The notes under the pieces are model-generated. The model did not search any database and had not been told where the DNA came from. It saw nothing but the letters and a program-made list of their open reading frames with translations. A stretch of 64,000 nucleotides of DNA, from the NCBI RefSeq assembly GCF_044704955.1, contig NC_091996.1, positions 96,534,001 through 96,598,000 on the forward strand, written 5' to 3'. Each line of letters begins with the position of its first letter. Within the stretch, counting starts at the first letter, position 1. Shown one piece after another: positions 38,232 to 51,553 of the stretch. The translations under genes were made by a program, and so were the position numbers. The DNA is from Pristiophorus japonicus (Eukaryota).

Positions 38232-39035
38232 AAACTGTGGCTCACTGGGCTGCACCCTCGCCCGAGTCACAACGTTGTGGGTTCAAGTCCCACTCCAGGA
38301 ACTTGAGCACAAAAATTTAGGCCGACATTCCAGTGCAGTACTGAGGGAGCGCCGCACTGTCGGAGGGGCAGTACTGAGGGAGCGCCGCACTGTCGGAGGG
38401 GCAGTGCTGAGGGAGCGCCGCACTGTCGGAGGGGCAGTGCTGAAGGAGCGCCGCACTTTCGGAGGGGCAGTACTGAGGGAGCGCCGCACTGTCGGAGGGG
38501 CAGTGCTGAGGGAGCACCGCACTGTCGGAGGGGCAGTGCTGAGGGAGTGCCGCACTGTCGGAGGGGCAGTGCTGAGGGAGCGCCGCACTGTCGGAGGGGC
38601 AGTGCTGAGGGAGCGCCGCACTGTCGGAGGGGCAGTACTGAGGGAGCGCCGCAGTGCTGAGGGAGCGCCGCACTGTCGGAGGGGCAGTGCTGAGGGAGCG
38701 CCGCACTGTCGGAGGGGCAGTGCTGAGGGAGCACCGCACTGTCGGAGGTGCCATTAAACCGAGGCCCCGTCTGCCCTCTCAGGTGGACGTAAAAGATCCC
38801 ACAGCCACTATTTCGAAAACGATCAGGGGAGTTGTCCCTGGTGACCTGGGGCCAATATTTATCAACATAACAAAAACTAGATTGCTGTGTGTGGGAGCTT
38901 GCTGTGCGCAAATTAGTTGCTGCGTTTCCCACATTACAACAGTGACTACACTTAAAAAGTACTTCATTGGCTGTGAAGTGCTTTGGGACGTCCGGTGGTT
39001 GTGAAAGGCGCTATATAAATGCAAGTCTTTCTTTC
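38232..39035 (+). mobile_element. Full-length SINE with a 33-bp array of about 13 units; a minus-strand SINE tail lies at 38020-38180
   Basis: A/B-box head, array, body and GCAAGTCTTTCTTT tail. Confidence 0.9.
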
Positions 39036-39100
39036 ACTCTCCAGGACACACTTTCACCTCACTATCAAACGCCGAAGGTCAGAGGGAGGGTCGGTGTTAC

Positions 39101-39206
39101 CTGAGGGGATGGAGTCGCGGACACTCCCTGGGCCGGGTCATCGCTCTCGCTCTCGCTGCTGCTGTCGTTGATGAAACACAACTGCAAATTCATTCGGCTG
39201 TGGAAC
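39101..39206 (-). CDS. SCHIP1-like: SCHIP1-like coding exon 2 (FHSRMNLQLCFINDSSSESESDDPAQGVSATPSPQ)
   Basis: Acceptor tctccctctcacag and donor CAG|gtaaca; phase 2/0. Matches the SCHIP1 motif MNLQICFVNDS. Confidence 0.92.
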
Positions 39207-39419
39207 CTGTGAGAGGGAGACAGAAAATGCCAATGGTTTCCGTGGTCGCCGGGTCGTTTGAGCAGCAGTAGGCCCGAGGCTTTGCCTGGTGTCAGCCGTG
39301 GCTCAGTGGGTCTCTCTCTCGCTCTCTCTCACACCTCGAGTCAGAAGGTCGTGGGTTCGAGTCCCACTCCAGACACTCGAGCACAAAATCCAGGCCGACA
39401 CTCCAACAATCGGCCCAGC

Positions 39420-41228
39420 ACCAATCGCCGCTTGCGGACGTGCGTTCCAAACCTCTACCACCCTGCGTGTGTCGGAGTGTTTCCTAATTTCACTCCTGAT
39501 GCTCCCCTCGTTCTAGACTCACCAACCAGCGGGAATATTACATCGGACCACACGGGATATACAGCCCAGAAACAGGCCGTTCGGCCCAACCAGTCCAGGC
39601 CGGGGTTTATGACCCACTCGAGCCTCCTCCCGTCTTTCCCCATCTAACTCTATCGGCATAACCCTCGATTCCCTTCTCCCCCATATACTTGTCCAGCCTC
39701 CCCTTAAATACATCGATACTATTCGCCTCAACCCCTCCCTGTGGCAGCGAGTTCCACATTCTCACCACTCTCTGGGTAAAGAAGTTTCTCCTGAATTCCC
39801 CATTGGGTTTCTGGGTGACTATCTGATATTGATGGCCTCTAGTTATACTCTTCCCCACAAGTGGGAACACTCTCTCTGTATCCACTCCATCAAAACCTTA
39901 ACCAATAAGGGAATTAAGGGTTATGGGGAGCGGGGGGGTAAGTGGAGCTGAGTCCACGGCCAGATCAGCCATGATCTTGTTGAATGGCGGAGCAGGCTCG
40001 AGGGGCTAGATGGCCTACTCCTGTTCCTAATTCTTATGTTCTTATGTTTCATCATTTTACAGACCTCTATTAGCTCATCCCTCAGCCTTTTCTTTTCAAG
40101 CCTGTCCGTCCTTTCCTGATGTGTATACCCTCGCATTTCTGGTATCATCCTTGTAAATCTTCTCTGCACCCTCTCCAGTGCCTCTCTATCCTTTTTATAA
40201 TATGGCGACCAGAACTGTACGCAGTGCTCCACGTGTGGTCCTATATGTCTTCCTCCTGTGGCTCTCTATCCTTTATCTCTCTACCTACCCTATCACTGCC
40301 CCTCAATATCTTGGAGACCTCCATCAGTGTTTAAGCAGAAAGTTCCCATTTAATCATGTCCCGGGGTCAGACTTAAAGCCACAACCTTCTGACAAGGCAC
40401 CAAAAAGTACTTCATTGGCTGCAAAGCGCTTTGAAACAACCGGTGATCGTGAAAGGCGCTATATAATTGCAAATCTTTCTTGCCAACTCAGGCAAGTTGC
40501 AGCCGGAATAAACACAGTTCCAATCGCCTTGCCCCTTACTTCCTCTACAACGCCTTCTGTCCCCGATTCTATGCCAACGTTGTTGGATCGGGAGGTTACA
40601 TAACAGAAGAACATAAGAAATAGGAGCAGGAGTCGGCCACAAGGCCCCTTAAGCCTGCTCCGCCATTTAATACGATCATGGCTGATCCGATCATGGCCTC
40701 AGGTCCACTTCCCCGCCCGCTCCCCATAACCCCTTATCGTTTAAGAAACTGTCTATCTCTGTCTTAAATTTATTCAATGTCCCAGCTTCCACAGCTCTCT
40801 GGGGCAGCGAATTCCACAGATTTACAACCCTCAGAGAGAAGAAATTCCTCCTCATCTCAGTTTTAAATGGGCGGCCCCTTATTCTAAGACCATGCCCTCT
40901 AGTTCTAGTCTCCCCCATCAGTGGAAACATCCTCTCTGCATCCACCTTGTCAAGCCCCCTCATAATCTGATACGTTTCGATAAGATCACCTCCCATTCTT
41001 CTGAATTCCAATGAGTAGAGGCCCAACCTACTCAACCTTTCCTCATAAGTCAACCCCTCAACCCCGGAATCAACCTAGTGAACCTTCTCTGAACTGCCTC
41101 CAAAGCAAGTATATCCTTTCGTAAATATGGAAACCAAAACTGCACGCAGTACTCCAGGTGTGGCCTCACCAATACCCTGTATAACTGGAGCAAGACTTCC
41201 CTGCTTTTATACTCCATCCTCTTTGCAT
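39420..41228. mobile_element. Cluster of CR1 3' fragments, mostly minus; the youngest spans 40605-41228
   Basis: ORFs 39607-39885, 39921-40232 and 40691-41053 carry CR1 C-terminal motifs. Confidence 0.85.
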
Positions 41229-41567
41229 GGGGTGGCCAACTCTGATTGGCTGTATCCCTGGTGGTTTCATCACATGACCTCCCACCACGCTCCAGCCCTC
41301 CCGCCATTGGCCCATCCTCCAGGCCCACCCCCTTCCTACGGCCAATCACAAAGGGAACACGCTCTTTGTCATCCAATGGGATTCACCTTGACGGTAAGCC
41401 ACTTACCCCCCCGATATTCAGTATTATCAATGAAAAAAAGTGTTGAGAGAAAATGAAAATAAAAAAACAGCATTTTATTTCCCCCCGGGTTTGCTTGTGG
41501 CTGTGACCCGGAGATTAATCTTCGATCCCTGGAGACACCGGGCCAGTCCTGGCTGATTGCCGACCCC
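41229..41567. mobile_element. Degenerate hAT-like MITE
   Basis: Imperfect TIRs GGGGTGGCCAA / TTGCCGACCCC, resembling TAGGGTTGCCA-type hAT ends. Related copies at 20795-21740 and 57913-58030. Confidence 0.55.
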
Positions 41568-41744
41568 TCATCGGGGGAGGCAACATGTGCTTCTCCCCCA
41601 AGCCCACAATGGTGTGGGGGTTTACTCTGCGAGTCTCCCTTGTGAAACACGGAAGGGAATCACGCCAGCCCTCCTGCAGAAAAGGCCTCGTTTCCATAGC
41701 GACGGCAAGGCCTCAAACTACTCCTTTGGCCTTGTGAAAGGAAA

Positions 41745-42385
41745 GGAAAGAACTCGCATTGAAATAACGCCTTTCACCACCTCAGCACGTCCCAAAGCAC
41801 TTTACAGCCAATGAAGTACTTTTGGAGTGTAGTCACTGTTGTAATGTGGGAAACGCCAATTTGCGCACAGCAAGCTCCCACACACAGCAACGTGATAATG
41901 ACCCAGATAATCTGTTTTTGTTATGTTGATTGAGGGATAAATATTGGTCAGGACACCGGGGAGAACTCCCCTGCTCTTCTTCCAAATAATGGCCATGTGC
42001 TCTTTTACATCCACCCGAGAGGGCAGACGGGGCCTCGGTTTAACGTCTCATCCGAAAGACGGCACCTCCAACAGTGCGGCACTCCCTCAGTACTGCCCCT
42101 CCGACAGTGCGGCGCTCCCTCAGTACTGCCCCTTTGACAGTGCGACACTCCCTCAGTACTGCCACTCCGACAGTGCGGAGCTCCCTCAGTACTGCCCCTC
42201 CGACAGTGCGGCGCTCCCTCAGTACCCCCCCTCCGACAGTGCGGCACTCCCTCAGTATTGCACTGGGAGGGTTAGCCTGGATTTGTGTGTTCGGGTCTCT
42301 GGAATGGGAACTTGAACCCACGACCTTCTGACTCAGAGGCGAGAGAGAGAGAGAGAGTGTGCTGCCCACTGAGCCAGGGTTGACG
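41745..42385 (-). mobile_element. Full-length SacSINE1-like SINE with six 33-bp units
   Basis: Head, array, body and tail all present. Confidence 0.9.
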
Positions 42386-42518
42386 GTGCAATCACATACA
42401 GGCCTCACACACCTGTGAGCAGGGGTGGACGTGGTCACTTGGCATTGACCAATCGTGGCTCCGGGATTAGGCCATGTTGCAGGGAATACTGAGCAGACGT
42501 TGTGGCCTTGCTCCTTAC

Positions 42519-42625
42519 CGTGACGTGCAGCTAAAGGTGGCGCCCATTGTCGGCCAGCTGTTGTTCTCAGTCCGCTCCCAAGACGTCAACCTCTGTGCGC
42601 CATCCATTTTCCTCCTCCCCAAGGG
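42519..42625 (-). CDS. SCHIP1-like: SCHIP1-like coding exon 1; probable start ATG at 42607 (MDGAQRLTSWERTENNSWPTMGATFSCTSR)
   Basis: Acceptor ttttcccttgcag, Kozak AAAATGG, donor CG|gtaagg. Phase 2 matches the next exon. Confidence 0.75.
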
Positions 42626-42734
42626 CTGCAAGGGAAAAGTCAGCAGCCTCTTCATGGAATACTCTTCGATATAGTGCACGCTCTCAGAGACCCATATAAT
42701 ACAACTCTCCCCCCATCCAACCCCTGCGCGTACT

Positions 42735-45700
42735 CTCGCTCTCCATATGTATCTCCCCCTCTCCCTCCCTCCCCATGTGTATGTATCTCCCCCTCTCCCC
42801 ATGTGTATGTATCTCCCTCTCTCCCTCCCTCCCCATGTGTATGTATCTCTCTCTCTCCCCATGTGTATGTATCTCCCGCTCTCTCTCCCCATGTGTATGT
42901 ATCTCCCGCTCTCTCTCCCCATGTGTATGTATCTCCCTCTCTCTCTCCCCATGTGTATGTATCTCCCGCTCTCTCTCCCCATGTGTATGTATCTCCCGCT
43001 CTCTCTCCCCATGTGCATGTATCTCCCCCTCTCTCCCCATGTGTATGTATCTCCCTCTCTCTCCCCATGTGCATGTATCTCCCTCTCTCTCCCCATGTGC
43101 ATGTATCTCCCTCTCTCTCCCCATGTGTATGTATCTCCCTCTCTCTCCCCATGTGCATGTATCTCCCTCTCCCTCCACATGTGCATGTATCTCCCTCTCC
43201 CTCCACATATGCATGTATCTCCCTCTCCCTCCACATATGCATGTATCTCCCTCTCCCTCTCTCTCTCTCTCTACGTGCAAATAGATGTTAACAAATATGA
43301 TGTGATTGGGATTACAGAGACGTGGCTCCAGGATGATCAGGGCTGGGAACTCAACATCCAAGGGTATTCAACATTTAGGAAGGATAGAATAAAAGGAAAA
43401 GGAGGTGGGGTAGCATTCTGGTTAAAGGGGAGATTAATGCAATAGTTAGGAAGGACATTAGCTTGGATGATGTTGAATCTATATGGGTAGAGCTGCAGAA
43501 CACCAAAGGGCAGAAAACGCTTGTGGGAGTTGTGTACAGACCTCCAAACAGTAGTAGTGATGTTGGGGACAGCATCAAACATGAAATTAGGGGTGCATGC
43601 AATAAAGGTGCAGCAGTTATAATGGGTGACTTTAATATGCACATAGATTGGGCTAACCAAACTGGAAGCAATACGATGGAGGAGGATTTCCTGGAGTGCA
43701 TAAGGGATGGTTTTTTAGACCAATATGTCGAGGAACCAACTATGGGAGAGGCCATCTTAGACTAGGTGTTGTGTAATGAGAGGGGATTAATTAGCAATCT
43801 CGTTGTGTGAGGCTCCTTGGGGAAGAGTGACCATAATATGGTGGAATTTTACATTAGGATGGAGAATGAAACAGTTAATTCAGAGACCATGGTCCAGAAC
43901 TTAAAGAAGGGTAACTTTGAAGGTATGAGGCGTGAATTGGCTAGGATAGATTGGCGAATGATACTGAAGGGGTTGACTGTGGATGGGCAATGGCAAACAT
44001 TTAGAGACCGCATGGATGAACTACAACAATTGTACATTCCTGTCTGGCGTAAAAATAAAAAAAGCGAAGGTGGCTCAACCGTGGCTATCAAGGGAAATCA
44101 GGGATAGTATTAAAGCCAAGGAAGTGGCATACAAATTGGCCAGAAATAGCAGCGAACCTGGGGACTGGGAGAAATATAGAACTCAGCAGAGGAGGACAAA
44201 GGGTTTGATTAGGGCAGAGAAAATAGAGTACGAGAAGAAGCTTGCAGGGAACATTAAGACGGATTGCAAAAGTTTCTATAGATATGGAAAGAGAAAAAGG
44301 TTAGTAAAGACAAACGTAGGTCCCCTGCAGTCAGAATCAGGGGAAGTCATAACGGGGAACAAAGAAATGGCAGACCAATTGAACAAGTACTTTGGTTCGG
44401 TATTCACTAAGGAGGACACAAACAACCTTCCAGATATAAAAGGGGTCAGAGGGTCTAGTAAGGAGGAGGAACTGAGGGAAATCCTTATTAGTCGGGAAAT
44501 TGTGTTGGGGAAATTGATGGGATTGAAGGCCGATAAATCCCCAGGGCCTGATGGACTGCATCCCAGAGTACTTAAGGAGGTGGCCTTGGAAATAGCGGAT
44601 GCATTGACAGTCATTTTCAAACATTCCATAGACTCTGGATCAGTTCCTATGGAGTGGAGGGTAGCCAATGTAACCCCACTTTTTAAAAAAGGAGGGAGAG
44701 AGAAAACAGGGAATTATAGACCGGTCAGCCTGACATCGGTGAGTAAAATGATGGAATCAATTATTAAGGATGTCATAGCAGCGCATTTGGGAAGAGGTGA
44801 CATGATAAATCCATGCTGACTTGGACCTGTGAAAGGGAAATCATGCTTGACAAATCTTCTGGAATTTTTTTGAGGATGTTTCCAGTAGAGTGGACAAGGG
44901 AGAACCAATTGATGTGGTATATTTGGACTTTCAGAAGACTTTTGACAAGGTCCCACACAAGAGATTAATGTGCAAAGTTAAAGCACATGGGATTGGGGGT
45001 AGTGTGCTGACGTGGATTGAGAACTGGTTGTCAGACAGGAAGCAAAGAGTAGGAGCAAATGGGTACTTTTCAGAATGGCAGGCTGTGACTAGTGGGGTAC
45101 CGCAAGGTTCTGTGCTGGGGCCCCAGCTGTTTACACTGTACATTAATGATTTAGACGAGGGGATGAAATGTAGTATCTCCAAATTTGCGGATGATACTAA
45201 GTTGGATGGCAGTGTGAGCTGCGAGGAGGATGCTATGAGGCTGCAGAGTGACTTGGATAGGTTAGGTGAGTGGGCAAATGCATAGCAGATGAAGTATAAT
45301 GTGGATAAATGTGAGGTTATCCACTTTGGTGGTAAAAACAGAGAGACAGACTATTATCTGAATGGTGACAGATTAGGAAAAGGGGAGGTGCAACGAGACC
45401 TGGGTGTCATGGTTCATCAGTCATTGAAGGTTGGCATGCAGGTACAGCAGGCGGTTAAGAAAGCAAATGGCGTGTTGGCCTTCATAGCGAGGGGATTTGA
45501 GTACAGGGGCAGGGAGGTGTTGCTACAGTTGTACAGGGCCTTGGTGAGGCCACACCTGGAGTATTGTGTACAGTTTTGGTCTCCTAACTTGAGGAAGGAC
45601 ATTCTTGCTATTGAGGGAGTGCAGCGAAGGTTCACCAGACTGATTCCCGGGATGGCGAGACTGACATATCAAGAAAGACTGGATCAACTGGGCTTGTATT

Positions 45701-48700
45701 CACTGGAGTTCAGAAGGAAGAGAGGGGACCTCATAGAAACGTTTAAAATTCTGACGGGTTTAGACAGGTTAGATGCACGAAGAACGTTCCCAATGTTGGG
45801 GAAGTCCAGAACCAGGGGTCACAGTCTAAGGATAAGGGGGAAGCCATTTAGGACCGAGATGAGGAGAAACTTCTTCACCCAGAGAGTGGTGAACCTGTGG
45901 AATTCTCTACCACAGAAAGTTGTTGAGGCCAATTCACTAAATATATTCAAAAAAGAGTTAGATGAAGTCCTTACTACAAGGGGGATCAAGGGGTATGGTG
46001 AGAAAGCAGGAATGGGGTACTGAAGTTGCATGTTCAGCCATGAACTCATTAAATGGCGGTGCAGGCTTGAAGGGCCGAATGGCCTACTCCTGCCCCTATT
46101 TTTCTATGTTTCTATGTGTATGTATCTCCCTCTCCTCTCTCCCCATGTGTATGTATCTCCCTCTCTCGCTCTCTCTCTATGTGTATGTATCTCCCCCTCT
46201 CTCTCCCCATATGTATGTATCTCCCTCTCTCGCTCTCTCTATGTGTATGTATCTCCCCCTCTCTCTCCCCATATGTATGTATCTCCCTCTCCTCTCTCTC
46301 TCTCCCCATGTGTATGTATCTCCCTCTCTCTCCCCGTGTATGTATCTCCCTCTCTCTCCCCATGTGTATGTATCTCTCTCTCTCTCCCCATGTGTATGTA
46401 TCTCCCTCTCTCTCCCCATGTGTATGTATCTCCCTCTCTCTCCCCATGTGTATGTATCTCCCTCTCTCTCCCCATGTGTATGTATCTCCCTCTCTCTCCC
46501 CATGTGTATGTATCTCCCCCTCTCTCCCCATGTGTATGTATCTCTCTCTCTCTCCCCATGTGTATGTATCTCCCTCTCTCTCCCCATGTGTATGTATCTC
46601 CCCCTCTCTCTCCCCATGTGTATGTATCTCCCTCTCTCTCCCCATGTGTATGTATCTCCCTCTCTCTCCCCATGTGTATGTATCTCCCTCTCTCTCCCCA
46701 TGTGTATGTATCTCCCTCTCTCTCCCCATGTGTATGTATCTCCCTCTCTCTCCCCATGTGTATGTATCTCCCTCTCTCTCCCCATGTGTATGTATCTCCC
46801 TCTCTCTCCCCATGTGTATGTATCTCCCTCTCTCTCCCCATGTGTATGTATCTCCCCCTCTCTCCCCATGTGTATGTATCTCTCTCTCTCTCCCCATGTG
46901 TATGTATCTCCCTCTCTCTCCCCATGTGTATGTATCTCCCTCTCTCTCCCCATGTGTATGTATCTCCCTCTCTCTCCCCATGTGTATGTATCTCCCTCTC
47001 TCTCCCCATGTGTATGTATCTCCCTCTCTCTCCCCATGTGTATGTATCTCCCTCTCTCTCCCCATGTGTACGTATCTCCCTCTCTCTCTCTCTCTCTCTC
47101 TCCCCCCATGTGTATGTATCTCCCTCTCTCTCCCCATGTGTATGTATCTCCCTCTCTCTCTCTCCCTCCCTCTCTCTCCCTCTCCCCATGTGTATGTATC
47201 TCCCTCTCCTCTCTCTCTCTCCCCATGTGTATGTATCTCCCTCTCCTCTCTCTCTCTCTCCCCCATGTGTATGTATCTCCCTCTCCTCTCTCTCTCTCTC
47301 TCCCCATGTGTATGTATCTCCCTCTCTCTCTCCCCATGTGTATGTATCTCTCTCTCTCTCTCCCCATGTATATGTATCTCTCTCTCTCTCCCCATGTGTA
47401 TGCATCTCCCTCACTCTCCCCATGTGTATGTATCTCCCTCTCTCTCTCCCCATGTGTATGTATCTCTCTCTCTCTCCCCATGTGTATGTATCTCTCTCTC
47501 TCTCCCCATGTGTATGTATCTCCCTCTCTCTCCCCATGTGTATGTATCTCCCTCTCTCTCCCCATGTGTATGTATCTCCCTCTCTCTCCCCATGTGTATG
47601 TATCTCTCTCTCTCTCCCCATGTGTATGTATCTCCCTCTCTCTCCCCATGTGTATGTATCTCCCTCTCTCTCCCCATGTGTATGTATCTCCCTCTCTCTC
47701 CCCATGTGTATGTATCTCCCTCTCTCTCCCCATGTGTATGTATCTCCCTCTCTCTCCCCATGTGTATGTATCTCCCTCTCTCTCCCCATGTGTATGTATC
47801 TCCCTCTCTCTCCCCATGTGTATGTATCTCCCTCTCTCTCCCCATGTGTATGTATCTCCCTCTCTCTCCCCATGTGTATGTATCTCCCTCTCTCTCCCCA
47901 TGTGTATGTATCTCCCTCTCTCTCTCTCTCTCTCTCTCCCCCCATGTGTATGTATCTCCCTCTCTCTCCCCATGTGTATGTATCTCCCTCTCTCTCTCCC
48001 TCCCTCTCCCTCGCCCTCTCCCCATGTGTATGTATCTCCCTCTCCTCTCTCTCTCCCCATGTGTATGTATCTCCCTCTCCTCTCTCTCTCTCTCCCCATG
48101 TGTATGTATCTCTCTCTCTCCCCATGTGTATGTATCTCTCTCTCTCTCTCCCCATGTATATGTATCTCTCTCTCTCTCCCCATGTGTATGCATCTCCCTC
48201 ACTCTCCCCATGTATATGTATCTCCCTCTCTCTCTCCCCATGTGTATGTATCTCTCTCTCTCCCAATGTGTATGTATCTCTCTCTCTCTCCCCATGTGTA
48301 TGTATCTCTCTCTCTCTCCCCATGTGTATGTATCTCCCTCTCTCTCTCCCCATGTGTATGTATCTCCCTCTCTCTCCCCCCATGTGTATGTATCTCTCTC
48401 TCTCCCCATGTGTATGTATCTCCCTCTCTCTCTCCCCATGTGTATGTATCTCCCTCTCTCTCTCCCCATGTGTATGTATCTCCCTCTCTCTCCCCATGTG
48501 TATGTATCTCCCTCTCTCTCCCCATGTGTATGTATCTCCCTCTCTCCCCATGTGTATGTATCTCCCCCTCTCTCTCCCCATGTGTATGTATCTCTCTCTC
48601 TCTCCCCATGTGTATGTATCTCCCCTCTCTCTCCCCATGTGTATGTATCTCCCTCTCTCTCCCCCCATGTGTATGTATCTCTCTCTCTCTCTCCCCCCAT

Positions 48701-51353
48701 GTGTATGTGTCTCCCTCTCTCTCCCCATGTGTATGTATCTCTCGCTCTCTCTCTCCCCATGTGTATGTATCTCCCTCTCTCTCCCCATGTGTATGTATCT
48801 CCCCCTCTCTCTCCCCATGTGTATGTATCTCCCTCTCTCTCTCCCGATGTGTATGTATCTCCCTCTCTCTCTCCCGATGTGTATGTATCTCCCTCTCTCT
48901 CTCCCCATGTGTATGTATCTCTCTCTCTCTCCCCATGTGTATGTATCTCCCTCTCTCTCCCCATGTGTATGTATCTCCCTCTCTCTCCACATGTGGATGT
49001 ATCTCCCCCTCTCTCTCCCCATGTGTATGTATCTCCCTCTCCCCATGTGTATGTATCTCCCTCTCTCTCCCCCCATGTGTATGTATCTCCCTCTCTCTCC
49101 CCCCATGTGTATGTATCTCCCTCTCTCTCCCCATGTGTATGTATCTCCCTCTCTCTCTCTCCCATGTGTATGTATCTCTCTCTCCCCATGTGTATGTATC
49201 TCTCTCTCCCCATGTGTATGTATCTCTCTCTCTCTCTCTCTCTCTCTCCCCATGTGTATGTATCTCTCTCTCTCTCTCTCCCCCCATGTGTATGTATCTC
49301 TCTCTCCCCATGTGTATGTATCTCTCTCTCCCCATGTGTATGTAGCTCTCTCTCTCTCTCCCCATGTGTATGTATCTCTCTCTCCCCATGTGTATGTATC
49401 TCTCTCTCTCTCTCTCCCCATGTGTATGTATCTCCCTCTCTCTCTCCCCATGTGTATGTATCTCCCTCCCTCTCTCCCCATGTGTATGTATCTCCTCTCT
49501 CTCTCCCCATGTGTATGTATCTCTCTCTCCCCCCATGTGTATGTATCTCCCTCTCTCTCCCCATGTGTATGTATCTCCCTCTCTCTCTCCCCATGTGTAT
49601 GTATCTCTCTCTCCCCATGTGTATTATCTCTCTCTCTCTCCCCATGTGTATGTATCTCCCTCTCTCTCTCCCCCATGTGTATGTATCTCCCTCCCTCCTC
49701 TCTCCCCATGTGTATGTATCTCCCTCTCTCTCTCCCCATGTGTATGTATCTCTCTCTCTCCCCCATGTGTATGTATCTCCCTCTCTCTCCCCATGTGTAT
49801 GTATCTCCCTCTCTCTCTCCCCATGTGTATGTATCTCCCTCTCTCCCCATGTGTATGTATCTCCCTCTCCCCATGTGTATGTATCTCCCTCTCTCTCTCC
49901 CCATGTGTATGTATCTCTCTCTCTCTCTCCCCATGTGTATGTATCTCCCTCTCTCTCCCCATGTGTATGTATCTCCCTCTCTCTCTCCCCATGTGTATGT
50001 ATCTCCCTCTCTCTCTCCCCATGTGTATGTATCTCCCTCTCTCTCTCCCCATGTGTATGTATCTCTCCCTCTCTCTCCCCATGTGTATGTATCTCTCTTC
50101 TCTCTCCCCATGTGTATGTATCTCCTCTCTCTCCCCATGTGTATGTATCTCTCTCTCTCTCCCCATGTGTATGTATCTCCCTCTCTCTCTCCCCATGTGT
50201 ATGTATCTCCCTCTCTCTCCCCATGTGTATGTATCTCCCTCTCTCTCCCCATGTGTATGTATCTCTCTCTCTCTCCCCATGTGTATGTATCTCCCTCCTC
50301 TCTCCCCATGTGTATGTATCTCCTCTCTCTCTCCCCATGTGTATGTATCTCCTCTCTCTCCCCCATGTGTATGTATCTCCCTCTCTCTCCCCATGTGTAT
50401 GTATCTCCCTCTCTCTCTCCCATGTGTCTGTCTCTTCTCTCTCTCTCCCCCATGTGTATGTATCTCCCTCTCTCTCCCCATGTGTATGTATCTCCCTCTC
50501 TCTCTCTCTCTCTCCCTCCCTCTCCCTCGCCCTCTCCTCATGTGTATGTATCTCCCTCTCCTCTCTCTCTCTCCCCATGTGTATGTATCTCCCTCTCCTC
50601 TCTCTCTCTCTCTCCCCCATGTGTATGTATCTCCCTCTCCTCTCTCTCTCTCTCTCCCATGTGTATGTATCTCCCTCCTCTCTCCCCATGTGTATGTATC
50701 TCTCTCTCTCTCCCCATGTGTATGTATCTCCTCTCTCTCTCTCCCCATGTGTATGTATCTCCCTCTCTCTCCCCATGTGTATGTATCTCCCTCTCTCTCT
50801 CCCCATGTGTATGTATCTCTCTCTCTCCCCATGTGTATGTATCTCTCTCTCTCTCCCCATGTGTATGTATCTCTCCTCTCTCTCCCCATGTGTATGTATC
50901 TCTCTCTCCCCATGTGTATGTATCTCCCTCCCCATGTGTATGTATCTCCCTCTCTCTCCCCATGTGTATGTATCTCCCTCTCTCTCTCCCCATGTGTATG
51001 TATCTCCCTCTCTCTCCCCATGTGTATGTATCTCCCCTCTCTCTCCCCATGTGTATGTATCTCCCTCTCTCTCCCCATGTGTATGTATCTCCCCTCTCTC
51101 TCCCCATGTGTATGTATCTCCCTCTCTCTCCCCATGTGTATGTATCTCCCTCTCTCTCTCTCCCCATGTGTATGTATCTCCTCTCTCTCTCCCCATGTGT
51201 ATGTATCTCCCTCTCTCTCCCCCATGTGTATGTATCTCCCCCTCTCTCTCCCCATGTGTATGTATCTCTCTCTCTCTCTCCATGTGTATTGTATCTCCCC
51301 TCTCTCCCCCATGTGTATGTATCTCCCCTCTCTCTCCCTCCCCATGTGTATGT
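42735..51353. repeat. CCCCATGTGTATGTATCT(CT)n minisatellite of about 28-30 bp, split by a CR1
   Basis: Constant core with a variable CT tract, at 42735-43272 and 46118-51353. Confidence 0.95.
43273..46117 (+). mobile_element. CR1 LINE with nearly complete ORF2 (APE plus RT), inactivated
   Basis: GITETWL, MGDFN, SDH and FADD motifs; stops at 43763 and 45283 plus frameshifts; TTTCTATG tail. Confidence 0.96.
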
Positions 51354-51553
51354 NNNNNNNNNNNNNNNNNNNNNNNNNNNNNNNNNNNNNNNNNNNNNNN
51401 NNNNNNNNNNNNNNNNNNNNNNNNNNNNNNNNNNNNNNNNNNNNNNNNNNNNNNNNNNNNNNNNNNNNNNNNNNNNNNNNNNNNNNNNNNNNNNNNNNNN
51501 NNNNNNNNNNNNNNNNNNNNNNNNNNNNNNNNNNNNNNNNNNNNNNNNNNNNN
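51354..51553. other. Assembly gap of exactly 200 N (probably an arbitrary-size scaffold join)
   Basis: Run of N between two different satellites. Confidence 0.95.
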
